Of a DNA stretch of 51,587 bases, positions 43,001-51,587 are shown piece by piece. Below the pieces are notes generated by a model that was given only the letters and a program-made list of their open reading frames with translations, was not told the DNA's origin and searched no databases. The stretch covers positions 1 to 51,587 of the forward strand of contig CABUWA010000001.1 of assembly GCA_902495085.1 (NCBI GenBank), read 5' to 3'. Position 1 is the first letter of the stretch; every line of letters starts with the position of its first letter. The position numbers and the translations under genes are program-made. The DNA is from an uncultured Collinsella sp. (GTDB lineage Bacteria; Actinomycetota; Coriobacteriia; Coriobacteriales; Coriobacteriaceae).

Positions 43001-44608
43001 ATGGCAGGCAAGCCACAAACACTAGCTACGACCTCGGCATTCGAGATCCTGGGCCCCGTCATGGTCGGCCCCAGCTCATCGCACACCGCCGGCGCCCTGC
43101 GCTGCGCCCAAGTTGCCGCCAGCCTGCTGGAAGGCCGCATCACCAAAGTCACCTTTGGCCTGTGGAACTCCTTCGCCCACACCTACCGCGGCCACGGCAC
43201 CGACCGTGCGCTCGTCGCGGGCATCCTGGGCCTCGACACCGATGACGAGAATATCAAGCAGGCCTTCGACCTCGCTCGCGAGCAGGGCCTCGAATATCAC
43301 TTTGACATCAAGGGCGACGACGCCTCCATCCACCCCAATACCGTCGATATCGACATGGTCGACGACACGGGCGCCACGGCTCAGGTCCGCGGCGAGAGCC
43401 TGGGCGGCGGCAAGATGCGCATCAGCCGCATTAACGGCGTCGGCGTCGACATCTCGGGCATGTATTCCACGCTCTTCGTGGCGCACAAGGACGTCCCCGG
43501 TGTACTCGCCGCGCTCACCAACCTGCTCGCCTACGCCCACGTGAACATCGCATTCTGCCGCACCTACCGCACCGAAGTGGGCGGCCAGGCCTACTCCGTC
43601 TTTGAGACCGACGGCGCGCCCGACGACACCGTTATCCCGATGCTACGCAAGCTCGACAATGTTGATTACGCGACCTTTATCGAGCTCCCCGGTTCTGCCT
43701 CGTCGCTCTCCCCCGGCGTCTCGGCCAAGGAAATCTTCGACGACGGCGAGCAGCTGCTCGATGCGTGTGAGGAACTGGGGCTCAGCATCGGCGCCGTCAT
43801 GGCCGTTCGCGAGGCGCGTCTGACCGGCGAGGCCCACGCCGTCGCCGCCATGCGCCGCGTGCTCGACGTCATGCGCGAGGAGACCACGGCCCCCCTCGCA
43901 AATCCGCTGCGCTCACTCGGCGGGCTTATCGGCGGCGAGGCCAAGCTCGTCGAAGCCACCGGCCGCAACGATTTGAGTGCAAACCTGATGGGCCCCGTTC
44001 AGACCGACGCCGTGGCCCGCGCCATGGCCGTGCTCGAGCGCTCCGCCACCATGGGCGTGATCGTCGCCGCCCCCACGGCAGGCTCAGCGGGTGTTGTGCC
44101 CGGCTGCGTGCTTGCGCTCGCCGAGCGCCTGCAGCTCGACGACGAACAGGTCATGGACGCGCTCTACTGCGCAGCCGCCATCGGCCTCAACCTCACCACA
44201 AGCGCCTGCGTTGCCGGCGCCGAGGGCGGCTGCCAGGCCGAAGTCGGAAGCGCCGCCGCCATGGCAGCCGCCGCGCTGGTGCAGATGCTCGGCGGCACGC
44301 CCGAGCAGGCGCTCGACGCCAGCTCCATCGCGCTAAGTAACCTGCTGGGTCTCGTTTGTGACCCCGTCGGTGGCCTCGTGGAAGTGCCCTGCCAAAACCG
44401 CAACGCCATCGGCGTGGCAGCGGCCTTTAGCTCGGCACAACTCGCCCTCGCAGGCATTAAGAGCCTGGTGCCGTTTGACCAGATGGCACATGTCATGCTC
44501 TCGGTGGGTCACGCGTTGCCGGCAACGCTGCGCGAGACGGCAAAGGGCGGCATCGCGCAGGCTCCGGCCGCACTTTCGGCCTGTGCAAAATGCGGTGTGT
44601 GCGGGTAG
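43001..44608 (+). CDS. L-serine dehydratase, iron-sulfur dependent; beta (with ACT) and alpha subunits fused
   Basis: MVGPSSSHTAG, GHGTDRA and HPNT (beta), an ACT-like segment, then APTAGSAG, GAEGGCQAE and GLVCDPVGGLVEVPC (alpha). ATG 43001 follows AAGGAG. Confidence 0.92.
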   Translation: MAGKPQTLATTSAFEILGPVMVGPSSSHTAGALRCAQVAASLLEGRITKVTFGLWNSFAHTYRGHGTDRALVAGILGLDTDDENIKQAFDLAREQGLEYHFDIKGDDASIHPNTVDIDMVDDTGATAQVRGESLGGGKMRISRINGVGVDISGMYSTLFVAHKDVPGVLAALTNLLAYAHVNIAFCRTYRTEVGGQAYSVFETDGAPDDTVIPMLRKLDNVDYATFIELPGSASSLSPGVSAKEIFDDGEQLLDACEELGLSIGAVMAVREARLTGEAHAVAAMRRVLDVMREETTAPLANPLRSLGGLIGGEAKLVEATGRNDLSANLMGPVQTDAVARAMAVLERSATMGVIVAAPTAGSAGVVPGCVLALAERLQLDDEQVMDALYCAAAIGLNLTTSACVAGAEGGCQAEVGSAAAMAAAALVQMLGGTPEQALDASSIALSNLLGLVCDPVGGLVEVPCQNRNAIGVAAAFSSAQLALAGIKSLVPFDQMAHVMLSVGHALPATLRETAKGGIAQAPAALSACAKCGVCG

Positions 44609-44748
44609 TGACCCTGAACGACTCGATAGTGGGACATTTGTCCCAGCTCTTTCGAATGCCACCGTTTCCGTACCACAAACAGTAGGGCAATCGCTATAAT
44701 GCAAGCCCAGTAAAAACACGATGAACCGCAAGGCGAAAATCGAAGGAT

Positions 44749-46491
44749 ATGCATACGATGTCGCAAAACGATCGAACTCAACTGATTCCCGATCCGCAGC
44801 AGCCGAGCAGGCACACCGGCGGCGTTCAGTCGCCGCGTCCTATCGCGCCGAGCCACGGTCAGCAGCGTAGTGCAGCAAACGCTTCCCAACACCCGAACCA
44901 ACAGCGACAGCAGCGTCAACAACGTCAGCGGCGCCAGGCAAACGGCAATGCGCCCAAGCAGCCCCCCACGCACGCTCGAGGCGATCGCGGCCCCGCGCGC
45001 AAACCCGCCGAGAACAATAAGTCGGGCAAAAAGACGGCGTTATTTGTCGTCCTGGGTCTAATCGTCATTGTCTATATAGTAGGCGTCGTAGCGTTTTCGC
45101 AGCTAGCCTACCCCAACACCACCATCGCCGGCGTCGACGTCTCGTTCTCCAACGCTTCGTCTGCCGCCACCAAGGTCAATTCGGCATGGAAGCACTATAA
45201 GCTCGCCGTGACAGGCGATGACTTTAGCTGGACCTATCAGCCCGAGTCCGATGAGCCCATCGTCGACGGCGAAGCTGCCGCAAAAGAAATCATCAGCCAC
45301 AACGAAGCCTTTGTATGGCCGGTCCGCCTTGTGGAATCCTTAAGCGGCAAGACCAAAACAACCGCCACCCCCAACGAAGTCGATCTTGATCAAGACGTCG
45401 ACCTGTCCATGCTCTCCGACACCTTTAACCAAAAGCAGTTTGAGAAGGATCTGGGCGCCGCCATCGACGAGTTTAACGAGGGCCGTTCGGGCACGTTCGA
45501 GGCCAATAGCTCCTATGACGAGCAGGCCGGCAAGTTTACCGTCGAGAAGGCGCGCTCCAACGAAAAACTCAACCGCGAGCATGTCATTAAGTATGCCGAG
45601 CTCGAGCTTGCCTCGCTGGCCGAGACCGTCGATCTTTCCAAGCTCGGCAACGATGCCTATGATCCTCTCAATGGCACGCTGACCGATGATCAGATTCAGG
45701 CCGCATGCGATGCCGCCAACAACTTCTTGGGCGTCAACGTGACCCTCAAGCTCAACGGCGAGGATGCCGGAAAGGTCGACGGCAGCTCCGTGTTGCAGTG
45801 GATCAGCTTTGCCGATCCGGCCAACCCCACGCTCGATACGTCGCAGATCAGTAGCTGGGCAGCCGAGCTCGCCAACGGCTTTAATACCGTGGGCTCCACT
45901 CGCTGGTGGACGCGCGCCGATGGCAAGCAGTGCGCCGTCGAAGGCGGTGACTTTGGTTGGTCCATCGACAGCAGCTCGCTCGCCAAGCAGGTCGAGGACG
46001 CCATTAACAACAAGCAGACCGGCGAGATCGAGATCAAGTACTCCCAGAAGGCCGACACCTTTACCGCAAAGGGAGAGCCCGACTGGAAGGCGTATATCGA
46101 CGTCGACCTGTCCGAGCAGCACGCGCGCTACTATGACGAGAACGGTAATATCGTTTGGGAGGCCAACTTTATTTCCGGCAAACCGGGCGAAGACGCCACC
46201 CCCGAGGGCGTGTGGCAAATCAACAGCAACGACGGCGGCAGCACCCTGATCGGAGCCAAGGACCCCGAGACCGGTAAGCCCAAATACGAGAGCCCGGTGA
46301 GCTACTGGATGCCGTTCGAGGGCAATATGATCGGCTTCCACGATGCCACCTGGCAAAACGACAAGAGCTTCGATAATGCCGAGTCCTATAAATGGTGCGG
46401 TAGCCACGGCTGCATCAACCTGCGCCTGGCCGATGCCAAGGCACTGCACGATTGCATCAAAGTCGGCCTGTGCGTGGTTGTCCACTCGTAG
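44749..46491 (+). CDS. Membrane-anchored L,D-transpeptidase family protein
   Basis: Q/R-rich cytoplasmic N-terminus, one TM helix, and a C-terminal YkuD domain (TPEG, GFHDA...GSHGCINL). TATAAT at 44695-44700 upstream. Confidence 0.88.
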   Translation: MHTMSQNDRTQLIPDPQQPSRHTGGVQSPRPIAPSHGQQRSAANASQHPNQQRQQRQQRQRRQANGNAPKQPPTHARGDRGPARKPAENNKSGKKTALFVVLGLIVIVYIVGVVAFSQLAYPNTTIAGVDVSFSNASSAATKVNSAWKHYKLAVTGDDFSWTYQPESDEPIVDGEAAAKEIISHNEAFVWPVRLVESLSGKTKTTATPNEVDLDQDVDLSMLSDTFNQKQFEKDLGAAIDEFNEGRSGTFEANSSYDEQAGKFTVEKARSNEKLNREHVIKYAELELASLAETVDLSKLGNDAYDPLNGTLTDDQIQAACDAANNFLGVNVTLKLNGEDAGKVDGSSVLQWISFADPANPTLDTSQISSWAAELANGFNTVGSTRWWTRADGKQCAVEGGDFGWSIDSSSLAKQVEDAINNKQTGEIEIKYSQKADTFTAKGEPDWKAYIDVDLSEQHARYYDENGNIVWEANFISGKPGEDATPEGVWQINSNDGGSTLIGAKDPETGKPKYESPVSYWMPFEGNMIGFHDATWQNDKSFDNAESYKWCGSHGCINLRLADAKALHDCIKVGLCVVVHS

Positions 46492-46623
46492 TGCAACGCG
46501 CGCATTCCTACAACGTGGAGCTGCTGCGACCAATCTAACAGTTCCAAAAGAAACCGTCCCATGCGCCCGCCCCAACCGGTAGGCGCATATAATTATCGAG
46601 GTTCTTTCTATAAAGGAGACGCT

Positions 46624-48060
46624 ATGCCGAATGTCCCCACCATCACCCCGGGCCCGGATGATACCGAGCACACGCTCGAAGGTCCCACCGAAACGATTCC
46701 TCTGATTACAAACGTACATGCCGATAAGCAGGACGGACGCGCGAACGATACGGCCGAGATTTCCGATGAAGAGGCGTATACCAAGCTCAAGGCAAAACGT
46801 GCCGAACGTCGACGCAAAAAGCTGATTCGACGCGGTATTGCCGCTGGCGTCGTAGGTGCCATCGCGCTCATTGCCGTTATCGCAACCCTGGTTATCAATG
46901 CGCAGCCTCAGGGCGCTAGCGGACCTGTGACCGACATGGTGACCGAGGGCACGTTTACCACAACGGTCGAGGCGAAAGGCCAGCTCAAACCCATTTCGTC
47001 CTCAGTGGTCTCCCCTTCTGTCGACGGCACGGTCGATTCTATCAACGTGCAGGCAGGCCAATCCGTCAACGAGGGCGACGTGCTTCTGACCATTAAAAAC
47101 GACGAGCTCAATCGCAACGTTGCCGAGGCGCAGCGTGCAGTTGCAGCCGCTCAGGAAGACCTCGCCAACGCACAGAAAGCCGCAGCTGCCGCACAGGCCA
47201 CCCCAACGACGGACGTCGATGGAGCTTCCGCTGCGGCTGGCATCACCGCCGCATCAGCGGACACAAACGCCGTATCGGCCGCGCAGCGCAGCCTCGCTTC
47301 GGCCCAGGCAAACCTCGATCAGGCGAACGCCAAGGCAGCCAGCCGTACGGTCACGGCCCCGAGCTCGGGTAGCATCGTGGAGCTCAACGCCAAGGTGGGC
47401 GCCACGGTAACAGGCGGCATGATCATGGGCGAAAGCGATACGAGCGGCGGCAAGCAGTGCATGCAGATCGCCGACCTATCCAAGATGAAAGTGACCGTGC
47501 AGGTGGGCGAAAAGGACATCGCCAAGATCGCCGTTGGGCAGAGCGCCAACGTCACGTATCCCGCGTTTCCCGATATCGTGAGCCAGGGCACCGTCACGGC
47601 TATCGCGTCGGTGGCAAACTCCGACGCCGCCAACGGTGGCGGCGGCAGCGTAACCTTTAACGTCGACATTCTCATAGAGGCGCCCGACGCGCGCCTGAAG
47701 CCGGGCATGACGGCCGAGGTATCGGTGGTGACCGAGCAGCTCGACGACGTGGTGATGGTGCCGACGATGGCGCTCATGACCGAAGACGGCGAACACTATT
47801 ACGTCAACGTGGCGACTGATGACGAGGGCAAGCAAACCCGTCGCGTGAAGGTGACCGTCGTGACGCAAAACGACAACGAAGCCGTAGTCGGCAAGACACA
47901 GGTCAAGCGCGACGACCAGGGCAACGAGATCAACCCTGACGTGCCTGTTACCAAGCTGCGCGATGGCGACACCCTCGTCATGGACACCGGAGCTGACGCA
48001 ACAGCTGACGGCGGCCACAACGCGGATTCGGGCAGTATGTCTGACGATGAGGGCATGTAA
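46624..48060 (+). CDS. Efflux adaptor / membrane fusion protein (MacA-like)
   Basis: TM helix, lipoyl-like V..GQSV.EGD motif, coiled coil, APSSG, IADLS and LKPGMTA. AAGGAG RBS. Confidence 0.88.
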   Translation: MPNVPTITPGPDDTEHTLEGPTETIPLITNVHADKQDGRANDTAEISDEEAYTKLKAKRAERRRKKLIRRGIAAGVVGAIALIAVIATLVINAQPQGASGPVTDMVTEGTFTTTVEAKGQLKPISSSVVSPSVDGTVDSINVQAGQSVNEGDVLLTIKNDELNRNVAEAQRAVAAAQEDLANAQKAAAAAQATPTTDVDGASAAAGITAASADTNAVSAAQRSLASAQANLDQANAKAASRTVTAPSSGSIVELNAKVGATVTGGMIMGESDTSGGKQCMQIADLSKMKVTVQVGEKDIAKIAVGQSANVTYPAFPDIVSQGTVTAIASVANSDAANGGGGSVTFNVDILIEAPDARLKPGMTAEVSVVTEQLDDVVMVPTMALMTEDGEHYYVNVATDDEGKQTRRVKVTVVTQNDNEAVVGKTQVKRDDQGNEINPDVPVTKLRDGDTLVMDTGADATADGGHNADSGSMSDDEGM

Positions 48061-48833
48061 TGCGTCCCGTTATCGACATACGCAACGTGCACCGCATCTT
48101 TGAGAGCGAGGCGGGGTGCGCCCACATCCTGCACAACGTGAGCCTGGCGGTAAATCCCGGCGAATTCGTCGCTATCACTGGCCCCTCGGGCTCGGGCAAA
48201 TCAACGCTCATGAACATCCTAGGCTGCCTGGATAAGCCAACGGCAGGCGACTACTACCTGCAAGGGCTCAACGTGGCCGAGCTCGATGATGACGAGCTCA
48301 CCGAAGTCCGCGCCCTGAGCATTGGCTTTGTCTTTCAGAGCTTCAACCTGCTGCCGCGCCTGTCGGTTATCGAAAACGTGATGCTGCCGCTGGCCTACAC
48401 CAATGTGCCCCGTAGCCAGCGCGAGATGCGCGCCGTGCACGCGCTGCAGGCCGTCACGCTACCGGTCGACCACTGGGACCACCGCATATCCGAGCTCTCG
48501 GGCGGCCAGATGCAGCGCGTCGCAATCGCGCGCGCCCTCGTCAATGACCCGCCCATCATCCTGGCCGATGAGCCGACGGGAAACCTGGACTCCGCTACCG
48601 GAGCGCTTGTAATGGAGACCTTCCATAGACTTCAGGAGCGCGGCAAAACCATCGTGCTTATCACACACGACCCCGGCATCGCCGCCGAGGCCGACCGTGC
48701 CGTGACCATCCGCGACGGTCGCATTCACGATGGCGCGTATATTCCACATGCACCGCGGACCCTGCGCAGCGCCGTGGATAGCCTGCCCAGGATTTCCGCC
48801 TCCGCCAACCCGCCGAAAGGAGAGATGGCATGA
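48060..48833 (+). CDS. ABC transporter ATP-binding protein (MacB/LolD-like)
   Basis: [33 protein letters not shown] and ITHD motifs. Confidence 0.95.
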   Translation: MRPVIDIRNVHRIFESEAGCAHILHNVSLAVNPGEFVAITGPSGSGKSTLMNILGCLDKPTAGDYYLQGLNVAELDDDELTEVRALSIGFVFQSFNLLPRLSVIENVMLPLAYTNVPRSQREMRAVHALQAVTLPVDHWDHRISELSGGQMQRVAIARALVNDPPIILADEPTGNLDSATGALVMETFHRLQERGKTIVLITHDPGIAAEADRAVTIRDGRIHDGAYIPHAPRTLRSAVDSLPRISASANPPKGEMA

Positions 48834-50044
48834 GCGCCCGCGATCTCATCCAGGAAGCCCTTCACTCGCTCGAAGCCAACAAGGGGCGCAGCCTGCTCAC
48901 CATCCTGGGCATTGTCATCGGCATCGCCTCGGTTATCGCCATGACTTCGCTCATCGGCGGCATCCAAAACAGCCTGGTCAACAGTCTGGGCCTCAATGCG
49001 GCACGCATGGTGCAAATCTATTCGTCGCAAGAACTCACCGAGTCCGACATCGAGAAGCTTCAAAAACTGGTGCCGCAGATAGAGCAGATCGGCATTGTCG
49101 ACAGCGCGTATACCGAGTACAAGACCGGCGATAAAAGCTATACCGTCATGGCACAGGGTGTCGATAGCGACATGCTCGACGCCGTGGGGGCCAGCAAGCT
49201 CGTTGCGGGGCGCACCTATTCCCAGGCCGAGTCCCAATCAGGCTCGCGCGTGGCGCTCATCAGCCGCGGCGGCGCCGATCAGCTTTACGACAACGAACAG
49301 GATGCGCTGGGGAAAACCATCAAGGTGTCCAACGGCGAGGTGCAGATTGTAGGTGTGATTGATGGCGGCAACGACTCCATGGGCTCGCTCACGCTGTATA
49401 TGCCGCGCGAAACCATCTCAGGCCTGTTTGGCGACGAAAATCCTTCATTCCCCAGCGTGACGGCTCTTGCCGCCGAGGGCACAGACATGGACGAGCTTTG
49501 TAAGACCATCGAGTCCAAGGTGCGCGCAATGAAGGGCATCGCGGAGGATGATGAGTACGACAGTGTATCGGCGACCTCCATGAAAAGCGCCATCGATGCA
49601 CTCAACTCCTTTATGGGCGCGTTCTCGCTCATCATGGGCGCTGTCGCCAGCATCTCGCTGCTTGTCGGCGGTATCGGCATTATGAATATGATGCTCACCA
49701 ACGTGACTGAGCGCATCCGTGAGATCGGCATTCGCCGTGCCCTGGGCGCAAGTCGTCGCGATATCACCGCGCAGTTTTTGGCCGAGTCCTCGGCGCTGTG
49801 CGTCACCGGCGGACTGTTGGGTGTCCTGATTGGCTATCTGCTGGCATGGGGACTCACGTTCTTTGCCGCAAGCTCGGGCATCATGAGCGAGTTTGGAGCT
49901 ACCGGGACGATCACGCCAAGCTTCTCCATTACAACAGTGTTGATCGCGTTTGCCGTATCGGTCGGCATCGGCGTAATCTTTGGCTTCTACCCCGCTCGCC
50001 GTGCAGCAAAGCTCGACCCGGTGGAATGCCTACGCTACCAGTAA
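48830..50044 (+). CDS. ABC transporter permease (MacB/FtsX-like)
   Basis: RSLLTILGIVIGIASV, SLLVGGIGIMNMM..VTER..EIGIRRALGA and GFYPARRAAKLDP motifs. Confidence 0.95.
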   Translation: MSARDLIQEALHSLEANKGRSLLTILGIVIGIASVIAMTSLIGGIQNSLVNSLGLNAARMVQIYSSQELTESDIEKLQKLVPQIEQIGIVDSAYTEYKTGDKSYTVMAQGVDSDMLDAVGASKLVAGRTYSQAESQSGSRVALISRGGADQLYDNEQDALGKTIKVSNGEVQIVGVIDGGNDSMGSLTLYMPRETISGLFGDENPSFPSVTALAAEGTDMDELCKTIESKVRAMKGIAEDDEYDSVSATSMKSAIDALNSFMGAFSLIMGAVASISLLVGGIGIMNMMLTNVTERIREIGIRRALGASRRDITAQFLAESSALCVTGGLLGVLIGYLLAWGLTFFAASSGIMSEFGATGTITPSFSITTVLIAFAVSVGIGVIFGFYPARRAAKLDPVECLRYQ

Positions 50045-50056
50045 GCCACCACCAAC

Positions 50057-50125
50057 AAGTTGTGGTGAATTAGGGACTGAATATGCTATTTAGCAGCAAA
50101 AACAGACGCTATTTCACCGCAACTT
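50057..50125. repeat. 69-bp palindromic dispersed repeat, family A copy 2
   Basis: AAGTTGTGGTGAATTAG...CTATTTCACCGCAACTT. By hand alignment it is 50/69 identical to the reverse complement of 33798-33866. Confidence 0.85.
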
Positions 50126-50131
50126 ATTGAA

Positions 50132-50242
50132 GGGCTGCTTGCGCCAGTTCCGTGCGTCGTCCTCGAGCGATTGGCGGATGACAGGCTTGTACGGGTCGAG
50201 CTTGCTCGGGGCGCTCCTCCTCGCAGGCGGGAGGGCACGCAT
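50132..50242 (-). mobile_element. Short remnant of an IS21-family transposase (IstA) N-terminal region
   Basis: The minus strand translates to ...PPARRSAPSKLDPYKPVIRQSLEDDARNWRKQ, resembling the SKLDPYK...L..D...RKQ(RHTA) segment of IstA. No inverted repeats or istB were seen. Confidence 0.65.
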
Positions 50243-50255
50243 GCGCGGCGAGCGC

Positions 50256-51029
50256 CTAGCGCGCGAACTCCCGTAAGAGCGCGTCTTCCACTTCCCTAAG
50301 CGAAAGGGCCCCGCCTCCCTCGGCGGGACGGGCGACCACGATACAGCGCGCTCCCACGTCGCGCGCGGAGGCGATCTTCTCGGCCGTGCCGCCTACGGTT
50401 CCCGAGTCCTTGGTCACAAGCCACTGGGCGCCCACCTGCCGAAGCATCGCCTCGTTGAGCTCGCGGGTGAAGGGCCCCTGCATGCCGATGACGTGCGACG
50501 GCGAAAACCCCGCGTCGATGCACTTCGTTATAGCACCGGGCAGAGGGAGCACACGCACGAAGAAGCGCTCCGCGAAATCGGCGACGCGCGTGTAGGGAGC
50601 AAGCTCCTTGCTCCCCGTCGTGAGAAGCGCGCGACCCGGGTTCTCGGAGAGAAAGCGCGCCGCGCAGGCGATCGACGCGACCGACACGACGCCTTTGGGC
50701 AGCGCCTCGACCGGGCGCGTAAGGCGCAGGCATCGTGCACCCACGGCGAGCGAAGCGGCCCGGATGTTGCCGCTTGCGAGCGTAGCGAAGGGGTGCGTGG
50801 CGTCGACGACGATGCGCGCGCCGGAAAGCTCACGCTCCATGTCGGCCTCGTCGAGCCTGCCCGCATGCACCTCGATGCCCGGAAGCTCGCCCAAAAGCTC
50901 GCCTCCGTACTCGGTTGCCGCGTAGGCACGGGCGGGGATTCCCGCCCCGCTCGCCCATTCGCACAGGAGGCGGCCCTCGGTGGTGCCGGCGAAGATGCGC
51001 AGCGCCGGCGCGGATGCGGGGGCCGTCAC
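50256..51029 (-). CDS. cbiJ: Precorrin-6A / cobalt-precorrin-6A reductase
   Basis: IFAGTTEGR, VDATHPFA, LLTTGSKEL, RVLP, MQGPF and VTKDSG..GG..EK motifs. GTG start overlaps the cbiC stop (GTGA). Confidence 0.92.
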   Translation of the reverse strand: MTAPASAPALRIFAGTTEGRLLCEWASGAGIPARAYAATEYGGELLGELPGIEVHAGRLDEADMERELSGARIVVDATHPFATLASGNIRAASLAVGARCLRLTRPVEALPKGVVSVASIACAARFLSENPGRALLTTGSKELAPYTRVADFAERFFVRVLPLPGAITKCIDAGFSPSHVIGMQGPFTRELNEAMLRQVGAQWLVTKDSGTVGGTAEKIASARDVGARCIVVARPAEGGGALSLREVEDALLREFAR

Positions 51030-51587
51030 TTCGGGCCGCCTGGGCGCGTGATCTGGTAGAGCAGCGCGTTCATAATGGCGGCCGCCACGGTCGAGCCGCC
51101 CTTGCGACCCCTCGCGACGATGGCCGGCACGCGTCGCGCGAGTAGCTCCTCTTTTGCCTCGACCACGTTCACAAACCCAACCGGCACCCCAACGACGAGC
51201 GCGGGCGCGATCTTCCCCGCGTCCATGAGCTCGGCGAGGCGCAGAAGTGCTGTGGGAGCGTTGCCGACGGCCACGATGAGCGGACCCTCGATGCCGCAAG
51301 CTTTGTCCATGCTCGCAACGGCGCGAGTCGTGCCCGCGGCGCGCGCCGTTGCGGCGACATCCGGGTCGGCCATATAGCACACGGCCTGGCAGCCGATCTT
51401 CGCGAGCGCGGGCTTGCTTATGCCTGCGAGCGCCATGTTCGTGTCGGTGAGCACCGTGGCCCCTGCGCGCAGTGCGTCGAGCGCACAGTGCGCGGCGTCA
51501 TGGGTGAACACGAGGGAATCGGCGTACGAGAAGTCGGCAGTGGTGTGGATGACGCGCTTCACGACGGGCTCTTCGAGCGGCGGGAAC
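51026..51587 (-). CDS. cbiC: Precorrin-8X methylmutase (5' end outside the window)
   Basis: KRVIHTTADF, TDTNM, VGNAPTAL, PVGFVNV.EAKE and GRKGGSTVAAA motifs. Confidence 0.94.
   Translation of the reverse strand, partial: FPPLEEPVVKRVIHTTADFSYADSLVFTHDAAHCALDALRAGATVLTDTNMALAGISKPALAKIGCQAVCYMADPDVAATARAAGTTRAVASMDKACGIEGPLIVAVGNAPTALLRLAELMDAGKIAPALVVGVPVGFVNVVEAKEELLARRVPAIVARGRKGGSTVAAAIMNALLYQITRPGGPK

Noticed and set aside
51030..51380. N-terminal extension of CbiJ in the 374-aa ORF
   Set aside because: It overlaps cbiC in another frame and reads as noise. The GTGA-coupled start at 51029 gives a normal-size CbiJ.

Overview
High-GC chromosomal window whose gene set and codon usage suggest a gut Coriobacteriia such as Collinsella (inference, not verified). 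From left to right: (1) 1-17.7 kb, the promoter-proximal part of a minus-strand, GC-mosaic surface-polysaccharide locus. It is headed by a LoaP-type antiterminator and contains a priming transferase, four glycosyltransferases, a radical SAM protein, two pyruvyl-transferase + FrhB-like Fe-S pairs, Wzy, Wzx, a frameshifted acyltransferase, a frameshifted rfbA and rfbB. (2) tRNA-Ala(GGC), thiN and a HAD phosphatase. (3) A glycogen cluster, glgB-glgP-glgC-glgD-glgA plus a GH13-GH77 fusion; GlgA and GlgB carry histone-H1-like Lys/Ala/Thr tails. (4) Housekeeping genes rsmB, fmt, def, priA, gltX, metK, a fused serine dehydratase, an L,D-transpeptidase and a MacAB-like transporter. (5) An IS21 scar and the end of a cobalamin cluster (cbiJ, cbiC). 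The least explained signal is a set of intergenic palindromic elements in at least three families. Next to one of them, fmt has a steep one-strand gradient of G/T-ending codons (1 C-ending and 0 A-ending codons among the first 63), suggesting localized strand-specific mutagenesis. All calls come from reading the sequence; no searches were run.
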